Shown: in pieces, positions 57,843-64,000 of the stretch | Layout of the letters: every line of letters begins with the position of its first letter | How positions within the stretch are numbered: the first letter of the stretch is position 1 | Source: an uncultured Actinomycetes bacterium | GTDB lineage: Bacteria > Actinomycetota > UBA4738 > JACQTL01 | Length of the DNA stretch: 64,000 nt | Assembly (NCBI GenBank): GCA_963707645.1 | Contig: CAVPQW010000008.1 | Location: 3,547-67,546, forward strand | Reading direction: 5' to 3' | Notes under the pieces: generated by a model | The model's input: the letters and a program-made list of their open reading frames with translations, nothing else | What the model was told of the DNA's origin: nothing | The model's database searches: none | Program-made: the position numbers and the translations under genes

Positions 57843-59865
57843 ACGCGACCATCGCGTCGCCCGGCGAGAGTTCGATGACGCATTCGAGGAACTCCACCCG
57901 GTCCCACACGCCGAGGATGGGGCCGTGCGCGCCGACCAATGATCCACGGCCGTCGGGGGCCACCACGACGGGCCGAGGGTGTCCCGCCAGGGCGATCCGG
58001 ACGTGGTGCCGGTCGCCGTCCATGTCGAGCCGGAGGACGCAGGCGGTGACGAACCGCTCGCCGAGATCGTCCTGACGAGGGCGTCGTTGACTTCGCGGAG
58101 CAGCTCGCTGGGACTCTCGATGCGCCGGGCGAGCGCGTGCAGGGTTGCCCTGGCCTTGCCCATCACGGCCGCCGCCTCGGGGCCCGCGCCCGCACACGTC
58201 GCCGAGCGCGATCATCGCCGACCTCGGGCCGATCGACACCACGTCGTAGAAGTCGCCGCCGACCTCGGTATCCTCGCCGGCCGCCACGTACCGCCCGGCA
58301 ATCTCGTACCCGTGGACCTGCGGCAGCGTTCCCGGCAGCAGGCTCCGCTGGAGCACCTGGGAGATATGCCGCTGCGACTCGAAGAGCGAGGCGTTCTCGA
58401 TCGACCGCGCCACCCGGTCGGCGAATTGCACCGCGAACTCGACGTCGTCGGGTCCCATCTCCAGGCCCGTCGGTCGAGTTGGTCAGGGAGAGCGCGCCGA
58501 TCAGGCCTCGCACGCCCTGCAGGGGAACGATCAGCCCGGACCGCGCGCGGAGGTCGCCGACCTTGTGGACCAGTTCGGCGGCAGGCCGAGCTCGCACCAT
58601 CTCCTGCTCGGTGACCTCGCGGATCGCGACCGGTCGGCCGGTCCGCATGGCCTCGGCGAATTGCGACGCCGGATGGTTCGGTCGCGGGACGTACTGCTGG
58701 AGGATCTCCTCGATGCCGCCGGCCGCGTTCGGAGTCTCGGTGGGCCGTCGCGCTGCAGCTCCATGCAGGTGGCGTCCGGCCCGAGGTACAGGATGGCGTG
58801 CTCGCAGTAGAACTGGACCGCCAGCTCCAGGATCGACTGCAGCGTCTCGTCGTAGTCGATCGAGTCGGCGAGGCGCCGCCCGGCCGTTCGCCAGGACGTC
58901 CAGTCGAAGCCGGTTCGCCTCGGCCTCGGCGCGCGCCTCGCGTTCGATGGTGTACATCCGCGCGTTGTCGAGCCGGACGGCCGCGCGCCGCGCGAGCTCC
59001 TCGGCGACGGACGAGCTCGTCGTCGCCGTACCGCCGTTCCGGGTCGCACGAGACGAACGTCAGCGTCCCGAGGATGTGGCCCGCGCTTCGAGCGCGACGC
59101 ACATGAACGAACGGAACCCGAGCTCCTGGTGATCCGGTAGTGCTCGTCGTCGCGGGTGGTGCCCGCAGGAACTCCGGGCGTCATGTCCGCGAGCGATTCG
59201 GCCACGCCGGTCCGGATGACCCGCGACACCGGATGCTCGCCCCCGGCGAAGAGGCGCGTACCGGTTCGGAGCAGGTCGGCAAGGTCCTGCTTCGCGGGTC
59301 GCGGTGAACTGCGGCGACCCGGTCGATCCCGCCGTCCGTCGTGCGCACGTCGATCAGGCACAGGTCCGCGAAGTCCCCCACCACGAGCTCGCGCGAGCTT
59401 GGTGAACGTCGCCGGATAGTCGAGCGACAGGGCGAGCAGCTCGCTCGCCTGCGATACGAGCTCGAGCCGCTGCCGCGCGACGCGGGCCTCTTCGAGGGCG
59501 AGGTCACGCCGGCGGAGCACTTCCGACACCAGCACGGCGGTGGCGCGAACGCCGCGAGCGCCAGCGCATCCTCACGCGGTCAGCCCGAACCCATGGCCGG
59601 GCGGGATGAAGTAGTAGTCGAGCAGCGCTGCCGACAGGACCGTCGCGACCAGGCCCGGGATCCACCGCCCGAGCAGCGCGGCGACGAGCACCGCCATGAA
59701 GTACGGGATCGAGGGGAACTGTCCCACCGAGGTGTGGAGCGACAGCAGCGTCGCGAGGATCGGGAGCACGATGGCGGCCGCGATCCCCGCAGCGAGCCGG
59801 GGCTCCACAGGGAGCCGGCGTCGCTGCGCGGACTCGCCGAACCGGAATGGGCGCTTCGAGTCCAT
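57662..59865 (-). pseudogene. DUF4118-GAF-GAF-PP2C (SpoIIE-type) sensor phosphatase; about 10 or more frame breaks as assembled
   Basis: Ordered pieces: ORF 59572..59865 (membrane DUF4118-like), then 58531..59535, 59181..59507, 58212..59102 and 58163..58957 (two GAF-like regions), then 57529..58458, 55758..58166 and 57662..57907 (PP2C: GGDFYDV...GDVCG.G...DGI..., ending DDVAVVALRRLR). Confidence 0.75.
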
Positions 59866-59953
59866 TAGTGTCCCGTGGCCCGAATTGTTCTACCGATGGA
59901 CCCGCTCCGACAAGCCCCTCTTTCACACGCCGAAGGCAGACCTGCCCGAAACA

Positions 59954-60517
59954 TCAACGAAGGAAGTTCTCGACGATCCGTGGTCCTTCGGGCGTGAGGA
60001 TCGACTCCGGGTGGAACTGGACCCCGTACCTCGGGAGCGTCCGGTGCCGAACGGCCATGACCAGGCCGTCGTCGGTCGTGGCGATGACCTCGAGGTCAGG
60101 TGGCACGGCGTCGTCGCGGATGACGAGCGAGTGGTAGCGGCCCGCTTCGAACGGGTCGGGGACACCTTCGAACAGGTCTGTGCCGTCGTGGCGGATCGCG
60201 CTGGTCTTGCCGTGGACCGGCTCGGGCGCGCGGTCGATCGTTCCGCCAAAGGCGGCGCCGAGGGCCTGGTGGCCGAGGCACACGCCCAGGACGGGAATCC
60301 CGGGCGGCAGCGCGCCGATGAGGTCGACGAAGCACCCGGCCTCCTCCGGGCGGCCGGGGCCCGGCGAGAGGATCACCGCGGCGGGCTCACGTGCGACGAG
60401 GTTGTCGACTGGTTCGGCATCGCTGCGGACGACCTCGGTCTCGTAGCCCAGCCCCTCGACCAGCTGCACCAGGTTGTAGACGAACGAGTCGTAGTGGTCG
60501 ACGACGAGGACGGTCAC
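59954..60517 (-). CDS. trpG: Anthranilate synthase component II (glutamine amidotransferase)
   Basis: GTG 60517 overlaps the trp[22 protein letters not shown]...LSPGPGRP...GVCLGHQA...FHPES (Cys-His-Glu triad motifs). Confidence 0.9.
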   Translation of the reverse strand: MTVLVVDHYDSFVYNLVQLVEGLGYETEVVRSDAEPVDNLVAREPAAVILSPGPGRPEEAGCFVDLIGALPPGIPVLGVCLGHQALGAAFGGTIDRAPEPVHGKTSAIRHDGTDLFEGVPDPFEAGRYHSLVIRDDAVPPDLEVIATTDDGLVMAVRHRTLPRYGVQFHPESILTPEGPRIVENFLR

Positions 60518-62055
60518 GCCACCGTCACCTCCTCGACGATCTCCGGTACCTCGACCGAGGCCGCATCCAAGGGAGCGCCGCTCGCGCCGATGGCCGGCAT
60601 GAGGGCGCTGGCCTTGGCCTCCGTCTCGCGGAGCTCGCGCTCGGGATCGGAGTCGTAGACGATCGCCGGCCCCGGCCTGCACGTGGGCCATTCCGTTCTG
60701 GAGGATCGCCGTCCGGATCGTGATGCAGACGTCGAGGTCGCCCGCGAACGTCAGGTAGCCGACCGCGCCGGCGTACGGACCGCGGGGGGTCGGTTCCTCC
60801 TCGGCGATGATCTCCATCGCGCGCCGCTTGGGCGCGCCGGTCACGGTTCCGGCTGGGAAGGTCGCCGCCAGCGCGTCCAGTGGAGTCAGTCCCTCTCGGA
60901 GGTCGCCCTCCACGGTCGAGACGATGTGCATCACGCGTGAGAACCGTTCGACCTCCATGAGCTCGGTGGGCGTGACCGAACCGGTCGCGCACACCCGGCC
61001 GAGGTCGTTGCGGGCAAGGTCGACGAGCATCGCGTGCTCGGCGCGTTCCTTGGGGTCGGCGAGGAGCTCGGCCTCGAGCGCGAGGTCCTCGTCGTGGCCG
61101 GCGCCCCGCCGGCGGGTCCCGGCGATCGGCCTAGTCGAGACCCGCCGCCCCTCGACGCGAACCAGCGGCTCCGGCGACGAGCCGGCCAGCTCCAGCCCGT
61201 CCGGCATCCGCAGGAAGAACATGTACGGGCGAGGGGTTGGTCACGCGGAGCCGCCGGTAGACGGTCAGGCCGCTGTCCGGCGCCGGAACCGACAGCCGGC
61301 GCGACAGCACGACCTGGAAGATGTCGCCGGCCAGGATGTGCTCCCGTCGCCCGGTCGACCGACGAGCGGTAGGCGTCCTCGCCGACGTTCGCGCTCGGCT
61401 CGACCGCCGCCACCGCATCCGCGGCGGAGCCGATCGGCGCGGGCCCGAGGGACGAGCCCTCGGCGACCCGCTCCGCCAGCTCCTGCAGCGCGTCGGCGCC
61501 CGCCGCGTACCCGTCCGGCGGCACATGTGCGATCAGCACCATCCGCTGCCGCCAGTGGTCGAACACGACCGCCCGGTCGACCACGAGGAACCGCATCGGC
61601 GGGCACCCGGGGTCGCCGGCCGGGTGCGGATGGCCGTCGAGCAGCTCGGCCGCCTCGTACGCGAGGTACCCGACCAGCCCGCCGGTCAGCGGCGGCAGCT
61701 CCTTCGGATGCGGCGCGGCGAGCGCGGCGGCCAGCTCCTGCAGCGACGGCAGCACCGGCCCCTCCCGCGAGGTCCACGGCAGCGGCAGCTCCCGCGCGAC
61801 CGACTCGACGCGAACGCCGTCGCGGTCGGCGGTCACGACCGCGGCCGGGTCGCCGGCGACGAACGAGTACCGGCCCCACCGTTCGGACCGCTCGACAGAT
61901 TCCAGCAGCGCGCCCGGGCCGTCGCCCGCCAGCGCCGGGAACACCCCGACCGGCGTCGACACGTCGCCCAGCAGCTCCGCCCAGACCGGCGCCAGCGCGT
62001 GGCCGCGCGCCAGCTCCGCGAACTCCCCGGCGGTGGGCCGGATCCTCAGTTCCAT
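60514..62055 (-). CDS. trpE: Anthranilate synthase component I; about 3 frameshifts (near 61347, 61228, 60668)
   Basis: ATG 62055 with GAGGAG RBS. Pieces lie in ORFs 60931..62160, 61131..61526 and 59954..61222. [49 protein letters not shown] and [18 protein letters not shown]. The hand-translated end is [18 protein letters not shown]... Confidence 0.9.
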
Positions 62056-62131
62056 CTCCTCAGGCCTCCTCGGTCGTCGAGCGAACGGGCGCCGTGCGGC
62101 TCCTTGGCTCGGTAGGCCCGGGACAGCAGAT

Positions 62132-62158
62132 GGCCCCGGGTCTCCCGAACCCGGGGCC
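62132..62158 (-). promoter_or_regulatory. Perfect 10-bp hairpin in the trpE leader (candidate attenuator stem)
   Basis: Minus strand: GGCCCCGGGT-tcgggag-ACCCGGGGCC, 20 nt after the leader-peptide stop and about 75 nt before the trpE ATG. No T-run follows. Confidence 0.4.
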
Positions 62159-62178
62159 ACGCGGCGACTGGTCTGGCT

Positions 62179-62247
62179 TCAGACGCGTGGCGGCGCCGGG
62201 CTCGAAGAGCCCCATGACCAGCGCCAGGTGCCGTGCATGCCACGCAT
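62179..62247 (-). CDS. Candidate trp leader peptide (22 aa) with three Trp codons
   Basis: Minus-strand ATG 62247 to TGA 62181-62179: MRGMHGTWRWSWGSSSPAPPRV (W at 8, 10 and 12). The start is 10 nt after a -10 box. Promoter TTGACG (62286-62281)-N17-CACAAT (62263-62258). Confidence 0.5.
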   Translation of the reverse strand: MRGMHGTWRWSWGSSSPAPPRV

Positions 62248-62338
62248 CGTGCGGAGGATTGTGGCCTCGACCTGCGGAATCGTCAATCCGGACCACCGGC
62301 CGGGACGGTCACCGCCGGCCTGGGAGAGTGAGCGGACC

Positions 62339-63226
62339 ATGGCGGACGTCGTCGCGTACCAGGGCGAGCCGGGGGCCTATTCGGAGGAGGCCGCGCACCG
62401 GCTGTTCCCGGGCGCCGACGCTGCTGCCGCTGCCGGACGCTGCACCAGGTGTTCGACCGGGTCGCCTGCGGCGCGGTCCGGGCCGGGGTCGTCCCGCTGG
62501 AGAACTCCCAGGCCGGGTCGATCAACGAGACGTACGACCTGCTGGCCCAGGGCGAACGTCCACATCGTCGGCGAGGCCGTGACCCGCGTCGACCACGCGC
62601 TGCTGGCGCTGCCGGGCATCCCGCTGCAGTACGTCAAGCGCGTCGCGTCCCATCCGGCGGCCCTCGCACAGTGCCAGGAGTTCCTGGGCACGCTCGACGA
62701 GGACGTCGAGATCGTTCCGGTCTACGACACCGCCGGCGCCGCGAAGCGCATCGCCGAGGAGAAGCGGGCCGGCGAGGCGGCCGTCGCGAGCGAACGCGCG
62801 GCCCAGGTCTACGGCCTCGAAGTCCTCGCCGCCAAGATCCAGGACACGCCGGACAACTTCACGCGGTTCGCCGCGGTGGCCGTCGAAGACGCTCCGCTCG
62901 GCCCGCCGGACAAGACGTCGCTGGTCCTGATCACCGATCACCGGCCGGGGGCGCTGTTCCACGCGCTGCGGCCGTTCGCCGATCGCGGTGTGAACCTCGT
63001 GAAGCTCGAGTCGCGGCCGTCGGGTTCGGGCCCGTGGAAGTACCGTTTCTATCTCGACGTCGAGGCCGGGGCGCACGAGCCGGCGTTCCGGGCGGCGCTG
63101 GCGGACCTCCGCACCGAGGCCGCCGCGGTGCAGGTGCTGGGTTCCTACGCCCGGTGGAACGAGGAATCGGCGGGCGACGGCGAGGGAAGGACCAACGCAT
63201 GGACGACCGAGACCCGCTCGGAGTGA
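62339..63226 (+). CDS. pheA: Prephenate dehydratase; compensating frame changes between about 62415 and 62560
   Basis: ATG 62339 inside ORF 62033..63226. MADVVAYQGEPGAYSEEAA...; the alternate frame gives TLHQVFDRVACGAVRAGVVPLENSQAGSINETYDLLAQG; then NVHIVGEAV...TRFAAV... and an ACT domain (TSLVLITDHRPGALFHALRPFADRGVNLVKLESRP). Confidence 0.85.
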   Translation: MADVVAYQGEPGAYSEEAAHRLFPGADAAAAAGRCTRCSTGSPAARSGPGSSRWRTPRPGRSTRRTTCWPRANVHIVGEAVTRVDHALLALPGIPLQYVKRVASHPAALAQCQEFLGTLDEDVEIVPVYDTAGAAKRIAEEKRAGEAAVASERAAQVYGLEVLAAKIQDTPDNFTRFAAVAVEDAPLGPPDKTSLVLITDHRPGALFHALRPFADRGVNLVKLESRPSGSGPWKYRFYLDVEAGAHEPAFRAALADLRTEAAAVQVLGSYARWNEESAGDGEGRTNAWTTETRSE

Positions 63227-64000
63227 CGCCGAAGGGCCCGAGGCCCGGGCTGCGCCAGGAGGAGCCGTACGCCTCGCCGCAGCGCCCGGTGCCGATCCGG
63301 CTGAACACCAACGAATGCCCGTACCCGCTCCCGGAGGGCTTTGCCCGCGACCTCCAGGAGACCGTGGGCCGGCTCTCGCTCAACCGCTACCCGGACTGGG
63401 AGGCGGTCGAGCTTCGCGGCCTGCTGGCGGAGCGCACGGGCTGGCCGCTCGACGGCCTGATCCTGGCGAACGGGTCGAACGACCTGCTCCAGCAGCTGCT
63501 CCTGGCCTACGGCGGGCCGGGGCGGCGCGCGGTGACGTTCGAGCCGACCTATCCGGTGTACTCGCGCGTCGCGTGGGTCACCCACACGGACCTGACGCAC
63601 ATCCCGCTCGAGCCGCCGTTCCTGATCACCGCCGACCACGTCGACCGGGCGGTGGCCGCCGACCCGCACGTGGTCTTCGTCTGCTCGCCGAACAACCCGA
63701 CCGGGAACACCCAGCCGGTCGAGGTGGTGGAGCAGCTCGCCGCGTCCGGCGCGCTCGTCGTCGTGGACGAGGCCTACATCGAGTTCGGCGGGAAGTCGGC
63801 GGCCGTGGATCCGGGAGTCGAGCACGTCGCCTCGCTCCGGACGTTCTCCAAAGCGTTCGCGCTGGCCGGTGCCCGGCTCGGGTACGGATTGGTGTCGCCG
63901 GCAGTCGCCTCTGATGTCAAGCGGGTCCGGCTCCCGTACCACGTGTCGGCATTGACCCAGGCGGCGGGGCTGGCCGCCCTCCGCCACGTGGACGAGGCGA
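63199..64000 (+). CDS. hisC: Histidinol-phosphate/aromatic aminotransferase (HisC family), 3' end beyond window
   Basis: Hand translation from ATG 63199, which overlaps the pheA end. ...IRLNTNECPYPLP...LNRYPD...CSPNNPTGN...VVVDEAYIEFGG...LRTFSKAFALAGARLGYG. The frame is open to base 64000, so it is absent from the ORF track. Confidence 0.85.
   Translation, partial: MDDRDPLGVTPKGPRPGLRQEEPYASPQRPVPIRLNTNECPYPLPEGFARDLQETVGRLSLNRYPDWEAVELRGLLAERTGWPLDGLILANGSNDLLQQLLLAYGGPGRRAVTFEPTYPVYSRVAWVTHTDLTHIPLEPPFLITADHVDRAVAADPHVVFVCSPNNPTGNTQPVEVVEQLAASGALVVVDEAYIEFGGKSAAVDPGVEHVASLRTFSKAFALAGARLGYGLVSPAVASDVKRVRLPYHVSALTQAAGLAALRHVDEA

Noticed and set aside
55758-58166. 802-aa minus-strand ORF spanning the riboswitch, the thrC-like gene and part of the phosphatase
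   Set aside because: It is antisense to an intact ThrC-like CDS and to a SAM riboswitch. Only a short stretch near 58050-58160 (KARATLHALARRIESPSELLREVNDALV) is a real piece of the PP2C gene.
62213-62332. Plus-strand small ORF (MTSARCRACHASCGG...) upstream of pheA as a possible Phe leader
   Set aside because: It contains no Phe codons and overlaps the better-supported minus-strand Trp leader and promoter.
8595-62560. Programmed ribosomal frameshifting or recoding as an explanation for the frame breaks
   Set aside because: The breaks are too numerous and occur in unrelated housekeeping genes. I saw no slippery heptamer plus structure pattern, and several breaks come as compensating pairs. 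Indel error is far more parsimonious.
1-64000. CRISPR arrays, tRNA/rRNA genes, IS elements, integrases, prophage or defence islands
   Set aside because: Intergenic regions were read individually. The only repeats are short coding tandem repeats and terminator hairpins. No spacer-repeat periodicity, tRNA-like T-arm motifs or transposase/integrase-like ORFs were found.

Overview
Very GC-rich bacterial chromosomal segment, most consistent with Actinomycetota: it carries a CrgA septation protein, a DUF1416/SseC-like gene, mycobacterial-style sirA-cysH sulfur genes, a DinB-type protein and several near-leaderless promoter/start arrangements. I saw no rRNA, tRNA, CRISPR array, transposase, integrase or phage gene, so this is core-metabolism DNA rather than an island.

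Gene blocks:
- 1-22.8 kb: envelope and secreted proteins (TerC behind a Mn2+ riboswitch, lipoproteins, a NodB deacetylase, two parallel-beta-helix exoproteins, an M36 protease, a DUF1800/DUF1501 pair, a penicillin-acylase-like hydrolase), plus a thiolase and an acyl-CoA ligase.
- 22.9-28.1 kb: sulfate-assimilation/siroheme operon (DUF1416, sirA, cysH, an unknown ORF, a sirC-like gene, cobA).
- 29.4-37.3 kb: dihydroxyacetone/PTS module (iclR | dhaM-ptsH ... ptsI-dhaL-dhaK-glpF), interrupted by a hydrolase-adenylate cyclase and a DinB gene.
- 37.7-49.8 kb: one long minus-strand branched-chain amino acid block, ilvD | leader-orf-ilvB-ilvN-ilvC-leuA-leuC-leuD-leuB-cimA.
- 50-64 kb: gltB, a lone nucleotidyltransferase, a SAM-I riboswitch in front of a ThrC-like gene, a DUF4118-GAF-GAF-PP2C sensor, trpE-trpG, pheA and hisC.

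The most interesting signals are cis-regulatory and absent from the ORF track:
- a candidate cysteine-sensing uORF/terminator/antiterminator switch before sirA;
- Val/Leu/Ile and Trp leader peptides before ilvB and trpE;
- Mn2+ and SAM-I riboswitches;
- one 17-bp operator repeated at both promoters of the dha module.

An unknown 125-aa ORF translationally coupled to ilvB, and an unknown ORF inside the sulfur operon, are the best candidates for undescribed proteins.

Major caveat: by hand count at least about 35 reading-frame breaks interrupt at least 13 otherwise well-conserved genes, including essential ones. The assembly probably carries indel errors, and all frameshift positions given are approximate.
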